In this document: in pieces, positions 49,001-63,845 of the stretch
Layout of the letters: every line of letters starts with the position of its first letter
How positions within the stretch are numbered: position 1 is the first letter of the stretch
NCBI GenBank assembly: GCA_040954595.2
Contig: CM082577.2
Coordinates: 20,620,303 to 20,684,302 of the forward strand
Direction of reading: 5' to 3'
From: Balanoglossus misakiensis
Lineage: Eukaryota; Animalia; Hemichordata
DNA length: 64,000 nt
Position numbers and translations under genes: made by a program
Notes under the pieces: model-generated
What the model saw: only the letters and a program-made list of their open reading frames with translations
Databases searched by the model: none
What the model was told of the DNA's origin: nothing

Positions 49001-52000
49001 AACGCAGGTTTGCTTCGGTGATCAGACGAGAACCGGCTTATTCTACGTGGTATGGCCGTAGGCGAAAGATGGTTGAATTTCTCCTACTATAAACCTGAAT
49101 CCTACACCATTGAACACATAGCCCGACTTGGCTAATTTTGTGGGTAACCGATCGACCTTCCATAGCTTATAAGGCAAGTGGGATAAAAAAATATGGTTGC
49201 TTTGTTCTGCAAAAAGTGGTTTTAGAATTCAGGCACTTTCAGAAAGAGGAAGAAACGGACACTTGCGACAAAAATGTTATCCATCAGGCTACTCTTTAAT
49301 GGAAAAGTTGGAAAAAAATGAAGCCTACAGCACGTAGTATTCCCAGGCGGTCTCCCATCCAAGTACTAACTACGCCCAACGCAGGTTTGCTTCGGTGATC
49401 AGACGAGAACCGGCTTATTCTACGTGGTATGCCACCGTATGGCCGTAGGCGAAAGATGGTTGAATTTCTCCTACTATAAACCTGAATCCTACACCATTGA
49501 ACACATAGTCCGACTTGGCTAATTTTTGTGGGTAACCGATCGACCTTCCATAGCTTATAAGCCAAGTAGGATCAAAAATATGGTTTGTTTTGTTTTGCAA
49601 AAAGTGGTTTTAGAATTCAGGCACTTTCAGAAAGAGGAAGAAACGGACACTTAAGACAAAAATGTTATCCATCAGGCTACTCTTTAATGGAAAAGTTGGA
49701 AAAAATTAAGCCTACAGCACGTAGTATTCCCAGGCGGTCTCCCATCCAAGTACTAACTACGCCCAACGCAGGTTTGCTTCGGGGATCAGACGAGAACCGG
49801 CTTATTCTACGTGGTATGGCCGTAGGCGAAAAGTGGTTGAATTTCTCCTACTATAAACCTGAATCCTACACCATTGAACACATAGTCCGACTTGGCTAAT
49901 TTTTGTGGGTAACCGATCGACCTTCCATAGCTTATAAGGCAAGTAGGATCAAAAATATGGTTTGTTTTGTTTTGCAAAAAGTGGTTTTAAAATTCAGACA
50001 CTTGCACAAAGAGGAAGAAACGGACACTTGCGTCAAAAATATTATCCATCAGGCTACTCTTTAATGGAAAAGTTGGAAAAAATGAAGCCTACAGCATGTA
50101 GTATTCCCAGGCGGTCTTCCATCCAAGTACTAACTACGCCCAACGCAGGTTTGCTTCGGTGATCAGACGAGAACCGGCTTATTCTACGTGGTATGGCCGT
50201 AGGCGAAAGATGGTTGAATTTCTCCTACTATAAACCTGAATCCTACACCATTGAACACATAGTCCGACTTGGCTAATTTTTGTGGGTAACCGATCGACTT
50301 TCCATAGCTTATAAGCCAAGTAGGATCAAAAATATGGTTTGTTTTGTTTTGCAAAAAGTGGTTTTAAAATTCAGACACTTGCAGAAAGAGGAAGAAACGG
50401 ACACTTGCGTCAAAAATATTATCCATCAGGCTACTCTTTAATGGAAAAGTTGGAAAAAATGAAGCCTACAGCACGTAGTATTCCCAGGCGGTCTCCCATC
50501 CAAGTACTAACTACGCCCAACGCAGGTTTGCTTCGGTGATCAGACGAGAACCGGCTTATTCTACGTGGTATGGCCGTAGGCGAAAGATGGTTGAATTTCT
50601 CCTACTATAAACCTGAATCCTACACCATTGAACACATAGCCCGACTTGGCTAATTTTGTGGGTAACCGATCGACCTTCCATAGCTTATAAGGCAAGTGGG
50701 ATAAAAAAATATGGTTGCTTTGTTCTGCAAAAAGTGGTTTTAGAATTCAGGCACTTTCAGAAAGAGGAAGAAACGGACACTTGCGACAAAAATGTTATCC
50801 ATCAGGCTACTCTTTAATGGAAAAGTTGGAAAAAAATGAAGCCTACAGCACGTAGTATTCCCAGGCGGTCTCCCATCCAAGTACTAACTACGCCCAACGC
50901 AGGTTTGCTTCGGTGATCAGACGAGAACCGGCTTATTCTACGTGGTATGCCACCGTATGGCCGTAGGCGAAAGATGGTTGAATTTCTCCTACTATAAACC
51001 TGAATCCTACACCATTGAACACATAGTCCGACTTGGCTAATTTTTGTGGGTAACCGATCGACCTTCCATAGCTTATAAGCCAAGTAGGATCAAAAATATG
51101 GTTTGTTTTGTTTTGCAAAAAGTGGTTTTAGAATTCAGGCACTTTCAGAAAGAGGAAGAAACGGACACTTAAGACAAAAATGTTATCCATCAGGCTACTC
51201 TTTAATGGAAAAGTTGGAAAAAATTAAGCCTACAGCACGTAGTATTCCCAGGCGGTCTCCCATCCAAGTACTAACTACGCCCAACGCAGGTTTGCTTCGG
51301 GGATCAGACGAGAACCGGCTTATTCTACGTGGTATGGCCGTAGGCGAAAAGTGGTTGAATTTCTCCTACTATAAACCTGAATCCTACACCATTGAACACA
51401 TAGTCCGACTTGGCTAATTTTTGTGGGTAACCGATCGACCTTCCATAGCTTATAAGGCAAGTAGGATCAAAAATATGGTTTGTTTTGTTTTGCAAAAAGT
51501 GGTTTTAAAATTCAGACACTTGCAGAAAGAGGAAGAAACGGACACTTGCGTCAAAAATATTATCCATCAGGCTACTCTTTAATGGAAAAGTTGGAAAAAA
51601 TGAAGCCTACAGCATGTAGTATTCCCAGGCGGTCTTCCATCCAAGTACTAACTACGCCCAACGCAGGTTTGCTTCGGTGATCAGACGAGAACCGGCTTAT
51701 TCTACGTGGTATGGCCGTAGGCGAAAGATGGTTGAATTTCTCCTACTATAAACCTGAATCCTACACCATTGAACACATAGTCCGACTTGGCTAATTTTTG
51801 TGGGTAACCGATCGACTTTCCATAGCTTATAAGCCAAGTAGGATCAAAAATATGGTTTGTTTTGTTTTGCAAAAAGTGGTTTTAAAATTCAGACACTTGC
51901 AGAAAGAGGAAGAAACGGACACTTGCGTCAAAAATATTATCCATCAGGCTACTCTTTAATGGAAAAGTTGGAAAAAATGAAGCCTACAGCACGTAGTATT

Positions 52001-55000
52001 CCCAGGCGGTCTCCCATCCAAGTACTAACTACGCCCAACGCAGGTTTGCTTCGGTGATCAGACGAGAACCGGCTTATTCTACGTGGTATGGCCGTAGGCG
52101 AAAGATGGTTGAATTTCTCCTACTATAAACCTGAATCCTACACCATTGAACACATAGCCCGACTTGGCTAATTTTGTGGGTAACCGATCGACCTTCCATA
52201 GCTTATAAGGCAAGTGGGATAAAAAAATATGGTTGCTTTGTTCTGCAAAAAGTGGTTTTAGAATTCAGGCACTTTCAGAAAGAGGAAGAAACGGACACTT
52301 GCGACAAAAATGTTATCCATCAGGCTACTCTTTAATGGAAAAGTTGGAAAAAAATGAAGCCTACAGCACGTAGTATTCCCAGGCGGTCTCCCATCCAAGT
52401 ACTAACTACGCCCAACGCAGGTTTGCTTCGGTGATCAGACGAGAACCGGCTTATTCTACGTGGTATGCCACCGTATGGCCGTAGGCGAAAGATGGTTGAA
52501 TTTCTCCTACTATAAACCTGAATCCTACACCATTGAACACATAGTCCGACTTGGCTAATTTTTGTGGGTAACCGATCGACCTTCCATAGCTTATAAGCCA
52601 AGTAGGATCAAAAATATGGTTTGTTTTGTTTTGCAAAAAGTGGTTTTAGAATTCAGGCACTTTCAGAAAGAGGAAGAAACGGACACTTGCGACAAAAATG
52701 TTGTCCATCAGGCTACTCTTTAATGGAAAAGTTGGAAAAAAATGAAGCCTACAGCACGTAGTATTCCCAGGCGGTCTCCCATCCAAGTACTAACTACGCC
52801 CAACGCAGGTTTGCTTCGGTGATCAGACGAGAACCGGCTTATTCTACGTGGTATGCCACCGTATGGCCGTAGGCGAAAGATGGTTGAATTTCTCCTACTA
52901 TAAACCTGAATCCTACACCATTGAACACATAGTCCGACTTGGCTAATTTTTGTGGGTAACCGATCGACCTTCCATAGCTTATAAGCCAAGTAGGATCAAA
53001 AATATGGTTTGTTTTGTTTTGCAAAAAGTGGTTTTAAAATTCAGACACTTGCAGAAAGAGGAAGAAACGGACACTTAAGACAAAAATGTTATCCATCAGG
53101 CTACTCTTTAATGGAAAAGTTGGAAAAAATTAAGCCTACAGCACGTAGTATTCCCAGGCGGTCTCCCATCCAAGTACTAACTACGCCCAACGCAGGTTTG
53201 CTTCTGGGATCAGACGAGAACCGGCTTATTCTACGTGGTATGGCCGTAGGCGAAAAGTGGTTGAATTTCTCCTACTATAAACCTGAATCCTACACCATTG
53301 AACACATAGTCCGACTTGGCTAATTTTTGTGGGTAACCGATCGACCTTCCATAGCTTATAAGGCAAGTAGGATCAAAAATATGGTTTGTTTTGTTTTGCA
53401 AAAAGTGGTTTTAAAATTCAGACACTTGCAGAAAGAGGAAGAAACGGACACTTGCGTCAAAAATATTATCCATCAGGCTACTCTTTAATGGAAAAGTTGG
53501 AAAAAATGAAGCCTACAGCATGTAGTATTCCCAGGCGGTCTTCCATCCAAGTACTAACTACGCCCAACGCAGGTTTGCTTCGGTGATCAGACGAGAACCG
53601 GCTTATTCTACGTGGTATGGCCGTAGGCGAAAGATGGTTGAATTTCTCCTACTATAAACCTGAATCCTACACCATTGAACACATAGTCCGACTTGGCTAA
53701 TTTTTGTGGGTAACCGATCGACTTTCCATAGCTTATAAGCCAAGTAGGATCAAAAATATGGTTTGTTTTGTTTTGCAAAAAGTGGTTTTAAAATTCAGAC
53801 ACTTGCAGAAAGAGGAAGAAACGGACACTTGCGTCAAAAATATTATCCATCAGGCTACTCTTTAATGGAAAAGTTGGAAAAAATGAAGCCTACAGCATGT
53901 AGTATTCCCAGGCGGTCTTCCATCCAAGTACTAACTACGCCCAACGCAGGTTTGCTTCGGTGATCAGACGAGAACCGGCTTATTCTACGTGGTATGGCCG
54001 TAGGCGAAAGATGGTTGAATTTCTCCTACTATAAACCTGAATCCTACACCATTGAACACATAGTCCGACTTGGCTAATTTTTGTGGGTAACCGATCGACT
54101 TTCCATAGCTTATAAGCCAAGTAGGATCAAAAATATGGTTTGTTTTGTTTTGCAAAAAGTGGTTTTAAAATTCAGACACTTGCAGAAAGAGGAAGAAACG
54201 GACACTTGCGTCAAAAATATTATCCATCAGGCTACTCTTTAATGGAAAAGTTGGAAAAAATGAAGCCTACAGCACGTAGTATTCCCAGGCGGTCTCCCAT
54301 CCAAGTACTAACTACGCCCAACGCAGGTTTGCTTCGGTGATCAGACGAGAACCGGCTTATTCTACGTGGTATGGCCGTAGGCGAAAGATGGTTGAATTTC
54401 TCCTACTATAAACCTGAATCCTACACCATTGAACACATAGCCCGACTTGGCTAATTTTGTGGGTAACCGATCGACCTTCCATAGCTTATAAGGCAAGTGG
54501 GATAAAAAAATATGGTTGCTTTGTTCTGCAAAAAGTGGTTTTAGAATTCAGGCACTTTCAGAAAGAGGAAGAAACGGACACTTGCGACAAAAATGTTATC
54601 CATCAGGCTACTCTTTAATGGAAAAGTTGGAAAAAAATGAAGCCTACAGCACGTAGTATTCCCAGGCGGTCTCCCATCCAAGTACTAACTACGCCCAACG
54701 CAGGTTTGCTTCGGTGATCAGACGAGAACCGGCTTATTCTACGTGGTATGCCACCGTATGGCCGTAGGCGAAAGATGGTTGAATTTCTCCTACTATAAAC
54801 CTGAATCCTACACCATTGAACACATAGTCCGACTTGGCTAATTTTTGTGGGTAACCGATCGACCTTCCATAGCTTATAAGCCAAGTAGGATCAAAAATAT
54901 GGTTTGTTTTGTTTTGCAAAAAGTGGTTTTAGAATTCAGGCACTTTCAGAAAGAGGAAGAAACGGACACTTGCGACAAAAATGTTGTCCATCAGGCTACT

Positions 55001-58000
55001 CTTTAATGGAAAAGTTGGAAAAAAATGAAGCCTACAGCACGTAGTATTCCCAGGCGGTCTCCCATCCAAGTACTAACTACGCCCAACGCAGGTTTGCTTC
55101 GGTGATCAGACGAGAACCGGCTTATTCTACGTGGTATGCCACCGTATGGCCGTAGGCGAAAGATGGTTGAATTTCTCCTACTATAAACCTGAATCCTACA
55201 CCATTGAACACATAGTCCGACTTGGCTAATTTTTGTGGGTAACCGATCGACCTTCCATAGCTTATAAGCCAAGTAGGATCAAAAATATGGTTTGTTTTGT
55301 TTTGCAAAAAGTGGTTTTAGAATTCAGGCACTTTCAGAAAGAGGAAGAAACGGACACTTAAGACAAAAATGTTATCCATCAGGCTACTCTTTAATGGAAA
55401 AGTTGGAAAAAATTAAGCCTACAGCACGTAGTATTCCCAGGCGGTCTCCCATCCAAGTACTAACTACGCCCAACGCAGGTTTGCTTCGGGGATCAGACGA
55501 GAACCGGCTTATTCTACGTGGTATGGCCGTAGGCGAAAAGTGGTTGAATTTCTCCTACTATAAACCTGAATCCTACACCATTGAACACATAGTCCGACTT
55601 GGCTAATTTTTGTGGGTAACCGATCGACCTTCCATAGCTTATAAGGCAAGTAGGATCAAAAATATGGTTTGTTTTGTTTTGCAAAAAGTGGTTTTAAAAT
55701 TCAGACACTTGCAGAAAGAGGAAGAAACGGACACTTGCGTCAAAAATATTATCCATCAGGCTACTCTTTAATGGAAAAGTTGGAAAAAATGAAGCCTACA
55801 GCATGTAGTATTCCCAGGCGGTCTTCCATCCAAGTACTAACTACGCCCAACGCAGGTTTGCTTCGGTGATCAGACGAGAACCGGCTTATTCTACGTGGTA
55901 TGGCCGTAGGCGAAAGATGGTTGAATTTCTCCTACTATAAACCTGAATCCTACACCATTGAACACATAGCCTGACTTGGCTAATTTTGTGGGTAACCGAT
56001 CGACCTTCCATAGCTTATAAGGCAAGTGGGATAAAAAAATATGGTTGCTTTGTTCTGCAAAAAGTGGTTTTAGAATTCAGGCACTTTCAGAAAAGGAAGA
56101 AACGGACACTTGCGACAAAAATGTTATCCATCAGGCTACTCTTTAATGGAAAAGTTGGAAAAAATGAAGCCTACAGCACGTAGTATTCCCAGGCGGTCTC
56201 CCATCCAAGTACTAACTACGCCCAACGCAGGTTTGCTTCGGTGATCAGACGAGAACCGGCTTATTCTACGTGGTATGCCACCGTATGGCCGTAGGCGAAA
56301 GATGGTTGAATTTCTCCTACTATAAACCTGAATCCTACACCATTGAACACATAGTCCGACTTGGCTAATTTTTGTGGGTAACCGATCGACCTTCCATAGC
56401 TTATAAGGCAAGTGGGATAAAATATGGTTAGTTTTGTTTTGCAAAAAGTGGTTTTAAAATTCAGACACTTGCAGAAAGAGGAAGAAACGGGCACTTGCGA
56501 CAAAAATATTATCCATCAGGCTACTCTTTAATGGAAAAGTTGGAAAAAATTAAGCCTACAGCACGTAGTATTCCCAGGCGGTCTCCCATCCAAGTACTAA
56601 CTACGCCCAACGCAGGTTTGCTTCGGTGATCAGACGAGAACCGGATATTCTACGTGGTATGGCCGTAGGCGAAAGATGGTTGAATTTCTCCTACTATAAA
56701 CCTGAATCCTACACCATTGAACACATAGTCCGACTTGGCTAATTTTGTGGGTAACCGATCGACCTTCCATAGCTTATAAGGCAAGTGGGATAAAAAAATA
56801 TGGTTGCTTTGTTCTGCAAAAAATGGTTTTAGAATTCAGGCACTTTCAGAAAAGGAAGAAACGGACACTTGCGACAAAAATGTTATCCATCAGGCTACTC
56901 TTTAATGGAAAAGTTGGAAAAAAAATGAAGCCTACAGCACGTAGTATTCCCAGGCGGTCTCCCATCCAAGTACTAACTACGCCCAACGCAGGTTTGCTTC
57001 GGGGATCAGACGAGAACCGGCTTATTCTACGTGGTATGGCCGTAGGCGAAAGATGGTTGAATTTCTCCTACTATAAACCTGAATCCTACACCATTGAACA
57101 CATAGTCCGACTTGGCTAATTTTGTGGGTAACCGATCGACCTTCCATAGCTTATAAGCCAAGTAGGATCAAAAATATGGTTTGTTTTGTTTTGCAAAAAG
57201 TGGTTTTAAAATTCAGACACTTGCAGAAAGAGGAAGAAACGGACACTTGCGTCAAAAATATTATCCATCAGGCTACTCTTTAATGGAACAGTTGGAAAAA
57301 AATGAAGCCTACAGCACGTAGTATTCCCAGGCGGTCTCCCATCCAAGTACTAACTACGCCCAACGCAGGTTTGCTTCGGAGATCAGACGAGAACCGGCTT
57401 ATTCTACGTGGTATGGCCGTAGGCGAAAAGTGGTTGAATTTCTCCTACTATAAACCTGAATCCTACACCATTGAACACATAGCCTGACTTGGCTAATTTT
57501 GTGGGTAACCGATCGACCTTCCATAGCTTATAAGGCAAGTGGGATAAAAAAATATGGTTGCTTTGTTCTGCAAAAAGTGGTTTTAGAATTCAGGCACTTT
57601 CAGAAAAGGAAGAAACGGACACTTGCGACAAAAATGTTATCCATCAGGCTACTCTTTAATGGAAAAGTTGGAAAAAAATGAAGCCTACAGCACGTAGTAT
57701 TCCCAGGCGGTCTCCCATCCAAGTACTAACTACGCCCAACGCAGGTTTGCTTCGGTGATCAGACGAGAACCGGCTTATTCTACGTGGTATGGCCGTAGGC
57801 GAAAGATGGTTGAATTTCTCCTACTATAAACCTGAATCCTACACCATTGAACACATAGTCCGACTTGGCTAATTTTTGTGGGTAACCGATCGACCTTCCA
57901 TAGCTTATAAGGCAAGTAGGATCAAAAATATGGTTTGTTTTGTTTTGCAAAAAGTGGTTTTAAAATTCAGACACTTGCAGAAAGAGGAAGAAACGGACAC

Positions 58001-61000
58001 TTGCGTCAAAAATATTATCCATCAGGCTACTCTTTAATGGAAAAGTTGGAAAAAATGAAGCCTACAGCACGTAGTATTCCCAGGCGGTCTCCCATCCAAG
58101 TACTAACTACGCCCAACGCAGGTTTGCTTCGGTGATCAGACGAGAACCGGCTTATTCTACGTGGTATGCCACCGTATGGCCGTAGGCGAAAGATGGTTGA
58201 ATTTCTCCTACTATAAACCTGAATCCTACACCATTGAACACATAGTCCGACTTGGCTAATTTTTGTGGGTAACCGATCGACCTTCCATAGCTTATAAGGC
58301 AAGTGGGATAAAATATGGTTAGTTTTGTTTTGCAAAAAGTGGTTTTAAAATTCAGACACTTGCAGAAAGAGGAAGAAACGGGCACTTGCGACAAAAATAT
58401 TATCCATCAGGCTACTCTTTAATGGAAAAGTTGGAAAAAATTAAGCCTACAGCACGTAGTATTCCCAGGCGGTCTCCCATCCAAGTACTAACTACGCCCA
58501 ACGCAGGTTTGCTTCGGTGATCAGACGAGAACCGGATATTCTACGTGGTATGGCCGTAGGCGAAAGATGGTTGAATTTCTCCTACTATAAACCTGAATCC
58601 TACACCATTGAACACATAGTCCGACTTGGCTAATTTTGTGGGTAACCGATCGACCTTCCATAGCTTATAAGGCAAGTGGGATAAAAAAATATGGTTGCTT
58701 TGTTCTGCAAAAAGTGGTTTTAGAATTCAGGCACTTTCAGAAAAGGAAGAAACGGACACTTGCGACAAAAATGTTATCCATCAGGCTACTCTTTAATGGA
58801 AAAGTTGGAAAAAAAATGAAGCCTACAGCACGTAGTATTCCCAGGCGGTCTCCCATCCAAGTACTAACTACGCCCAACGCAGGTTTGCTTCGGGGATCAG
58901 ACGAGAACCGGCTTATTCTACGTGGTATGGCCGTAGGCGAAAGATGGTTGAATTTCTCCTACTATAAACCTGAATCCTACACCATTGAACACATAGTCCG
59001 ACTTGGCTAATTTTGTGGGTAACCGATCGACCTTCCATAGCTTATAAGCCAAGTAGGATCAAAAATATGGTTTGTTTTGTTTTGCAAAAAGTGGTTTTAA
59101 AATTCAGACACTTGCAGAAAGAGGAAGAAACGGACACTTGCGTCAAAAATATTATCCATCAGGCTACTCTTTAATGGAACAGTTGGAAAAAAATGAAGCC
59201 TACAGCACGTAGTATTCCCAGGCGGTCTCCCATCCAAGTACTAACTACGCCCAACGCAGGTTTGCTTCGGAGATCAGACGAGAACCGGCTTATTCTACGT
59301 GGTATGGCCGTAGGCGAAAAGTGGTTGAATTTCTCCTACTATAAACCTGAATCCTACACCATTGAACACATAGCCTGACTTGGCTAATTTTGTGGGTAAC
59401 CGATCGACCTTCCATAGCTTATAAGGCAAGTGGGATAAAAAAATATGGTTGCTTTGTTCTGCAAAAAGTGGTTTTAGAATTCAGGCACTTTCAGAAAAGG
59501 AAGAAACGGACACTTGCGACAAAAATGTTATCCATCAGGCTACTCTTTAATGGAAAAGTTGGAAAAAAAATGAAGCCTACAGCACGTAGTATTCCCAGGC
59601 GGTCTCCCATCCAAGTACTAACTACGCCCAACGCAGGTTTGCTTCGGGGATCAGACGAGAACCGGCTTATTCTACGTGGTATGGCCGTAGGCGAAAGATG
59701 GTTGAATTTCTCCTACTATAAACCTGAATCCTACACCATTGAACACATAGTCCGACTTGGCTAATTTTGTGGGTAACCGATCGACCTTCCATAGCTTATA
59801 AGCCAAGTAGGATCAAAAATATGGTTTGTTTTGTTTTGCAAAAAGTGGTTTTAAAATTCAGACACTTGCAGAAAGAGGAAGAAACGGACACTTGCGTCAA
59901 AAATATTATCCATCAGGCTACTCTTTAATGGAACAGTTGGAAAAAAATGAAGCCTACAGCACGTAGTATTCCCAGGCGGTCTCCCATCCAAGTACTAACT
60001 ACGCCCAACGCAGGTTTGCTTCGGGGATCAGACGAGAACCGGCTTATTCTACGTGGTATGGCCGTAGGCGAAAGATGGTTGAATTTCTCCTACTATAAAC
60101 CTGAATCCTACACCATTGAACACATAGTCCGACTTGGCTAATTTTGTGGGTAACCGATCGACCTTCCATAGCTTATAAGCCAAGTAGGATCAAAAATATG
60201 GTTTGTTTTGTTTTGCAAAAAGTGGTTTTAAAATTCAGACACTTGCAGAAAGAGGAAGAAACGGACACTTGCGTCAAAAATATTATCCATCAGGCTACTC
60301 TTTAATGGAACAGTTGGAAAAAAATGAAGCCTACAGCACGTAGTATTCCCAGGCGGTCTCCCATCCAAGTACTAACTACGCCCAACGCAGGTTTGCTTCG
60401 GAGATCAGACGAGAACCGGCTTATTCTACGTGGTATGGCCGTAGGCGAAAAGTGGTTGAATTTCTCCTACTATAAACCTGAATCCTACACCATTGAACAC
60501 ATAGTCCGACTTGGCTAATTTTTGTGGGTAACCGATCGACCTTCCATAGCTTATAAGGCAAGTAGGATCAAAAATATGGTTTGTTTTGTTTTGCAAAAAG
60601 TGGTTTTAAAATTCAGACACTTGCAGAAAGAGGAAGAAACGGACACTTGCGTCAAAAATATTATCCATCAGGCTACTCTTTAATGGAACAATTGGAAAAA
60701 AATGAAGCCTACAGCACGTAGTATTCCCAGGCGGTCTCCCATCCAAGTACTAACTACGCCCAACGCAGGTTTGCTTCGGAGATCAGACGAGAACCGGCTT
60801 ATTCTACGTGGTATTGCCGTAGGCGAAAAGTGGTTGAATTTCTCCTACTATAAACCTGAATCCTACACCATTGAACACATAGCCTGACTTGGCTAATTTT
60901 GTGGGTAACCGATCGACCTTCCATAGCTTATAAGGCAAGTGGGATAAAAAAATATGGTTGCTTTGTTCTGCAAAAAGTGGTTTTAGAATTCAGGCACTTT

Positions 61001-63725
61001 CAGAAAAGGAAGAAACGGACACTTGCGACAAAAATGTTATCCATCAGGCTACTCTTTAATGGAAAAGTTGGAAAAAAAAATGAAGCCTACAGCACGTAGT
61101 ATTCCCAGGCGGTCTCCCATCCAAGTACTAACTACGCCCAACGCAGGTTTGCTTCGGGGATCAGACGAGAACTGGCTTATTCTACGTGGTATGGCCGTAG
61201 GCGAAAGATGGTTGAATTTCTCCTACTATAAACCTGAATCCTACACCATTGAACACATAGTCCGACTTGGCTAATTTTGTGGGTAACCGATCGACCTTCC
61301 ATAGCTTATAAGCCAAGTAGGATCAAAAATATGGTTTGTTTTGTTTTGCAAAAAGTGGTTTTAAAATTCAGACACTTGCAGAAAGAGGAAGAAACGGACA
61401 CTTGCGTCAAAAATATTATCCATCAGGCTACTCTTTAATGGAACAGTTGGAAAAAAATGAAGCCTACAGCACGTAGTATTCCCAGGCGGTCTCCCATCCA
61501 AGTACTAACTACGCCCAACGCAGGTTTGCTTCGGAGATCAGACGAGAACCGGCTTATTCTACGTGGTATGGCCGTAGGCGAAAAGTGGTTGAATTTCTCC
61601 TACTATAAACCTGAATCCTACACCATTGAACACATAGTCCGACTTGGCTAATTTTTGTGGGTAACCGATCGACCTTCCATAGCTTATAAGGCAAGTAGGA
61701 TCAAAAATATGGTTTGTTTTGTTTTGCAAAAAGTGGTTTTAAAATTCAGACACTTGCAGAAAGAGGAAGAAACGGACACTTGCGTCAAAAATATTATCCA
61801 TCAGGCTACTCTTTAATGGAAAAGTTGGAAAAAATGAAGCCTACAGCACGTAGTATTCCCAGGCGGTCTCCCATCCAAGTACTAACTACGCCCAACGCAG
61901 GTTTGCTTCGGTGATCAGACGAGAACCGGCTTATTCTACGTGGTATGCCACCGTATGGCCGTAGGCGAAAGATGGTTGAATTTCTCCTACTATAAACCTG
62001 AATCCTACACCATTGAACACATAGTCCGACTTGGCTGATTTTTGTGGGTAACCGATCGACCTTCCATAGCTTATAAGGCAAGTGGGATAAAATATGGTTT
62101 GTTTTGTTTTGCAAAAAGTGGTTTTAAAATTCAGACACTTGCAGAAAGAGGAAGAAACGGGCACTTGCGACAAAAATATTATCCATCAGGCTACTCTTTA
62201 ATGGAAAAGTTGGAAAAAATTAAGCCTACAGCACGTAGTATTCCCAGGCGGTCTCCCATCCAAGTACTAACTACGCCCAACGCAGGTTTGCTTCGGGGAT
62301 CAGACGAGAACCGGCTTATTCTACGTGGTATGGCCGTAGGCGAAAGATGGTTGAATTTCTCCTACTATAAACCTGAATCCTACACCATTGAACACATAGT
62401 CCGACTTGGCTAATTTTTGTGGGTAACCGATCGACCTTCCATAGCTTATAAGGCAAGTAGGATCAAAAATATGGTTTGTTTTGTTTTGCAAAAAGTGGTT
62501 TTAAAATTCAGGCACTTTCAGAAAAGGAAGAAACGGACACTTGCGACAAAAATGTTATCCATCAGGCTACTCTTTAATGGAAAAGTTGGAAAAAATGAAG
62601 CCTACAGCACGTAGTATTCCCAGGCGGTCTCCCATCCAAGTACTAACAACGCCCAACGCAGGTTTGCTTCGGTGATCAGACGAGAACCGGCTTATTCTAC
62701 GTGGTATGGCCGTAGGCGAAAGATGGTTGAATTTCTCCTACTATAAACCTGAATCCTACACCATTGAACACATAGTCCGACTTGGCTAATTTTTGTGGGT
62801 AACCGATCGACCTTCCATAGCTTATAAGGCAAGTGGGATAAAAAAATATGGTTGCTTTGTTCTGCAAAAAGTGGTTTTAGAATTCAGGCACTTTCAGAAA
62901 AGGAAGAAACGGACACTTGCGACAAAAATGTTTTCCATCAGGCTACTCTTTAATGGAAAAGTTGGAAAAAATGAAGCCTACAGCACGTAGTATTCCCAGG
63001 CGGTCTCCCATCCAAGTACTAACTACGCCCAACGCAGGTTTGCTTCGGGGATCAGACGAGAACCGGCTTATTCTACGTGGTATGGCCGTAGGCGAAAAGT
63101 GGTTGAATTTCTCCTACTATAAACCTGAATCCTACACCATTGAACACATAGTCCGACTTGGCTAATTTTTGTGGGTAACCGATCGACCTTCCATAGCTTA
63201 TAAGGCAAGGAGGATCAAAAATATGGTTTGTTTTGTTTTGCAAAAAGTGGTTTTAAAATTCAGACACTTGCAGAAAGAGGAAGAAACTGACACTTGCGTC
63301 AAAAATATTATCCATCAGGCTACTCTTTAATGGAAAAGTTGGAAAAAATGAAGCCTACAGCACGTAGTATTCCCAGGCGGTCTCCCATCCAAGTACTAAC
63401 TACGCCCAACGCAGGTTTGCTTCGGTGATCAGACGAGAACCGGCTTATTCTACGTGGTATGGCCGTAGGCGAAAGATGGTTGAATTTCTCCTACTATAAA
63501 CCTGAATCCTACACCATTGAACACATAGTCCGACTTGGCTAATTTTGTGGGTAACCGATCGACCTTCCATAGCTTATAAGGCAAGTGGGATAAAAAAATA
63601 TGGTTGCTTTGTTCTGCAAAAAGTGGTTTTAGAATTCAGGCACTTTCCGAAAAGGAAGAAACGGACACTTGCGACAAAAATGTTATCCATCAGGCTACTC
63701 TTTAATGGAAAAGTTGGAAAAAAAG

Positions 63726-63845
63726 AAGCCTACAGCACGTAGTATTCCCAGGCGGTCTCCCATCCAAGTACTAACTACGCCCAACGCAGGTTTGCTTCGG
63801 GGATCAGACGAGAACCGGCTTATTCTACGTGGTATGGCCGTAGGC
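63726..63845 (-). rRNA. 5S rRNA: Last complete 5S rRNA gene in the window
   Basis: Full 120-nt copy. Confidence 0.92.
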
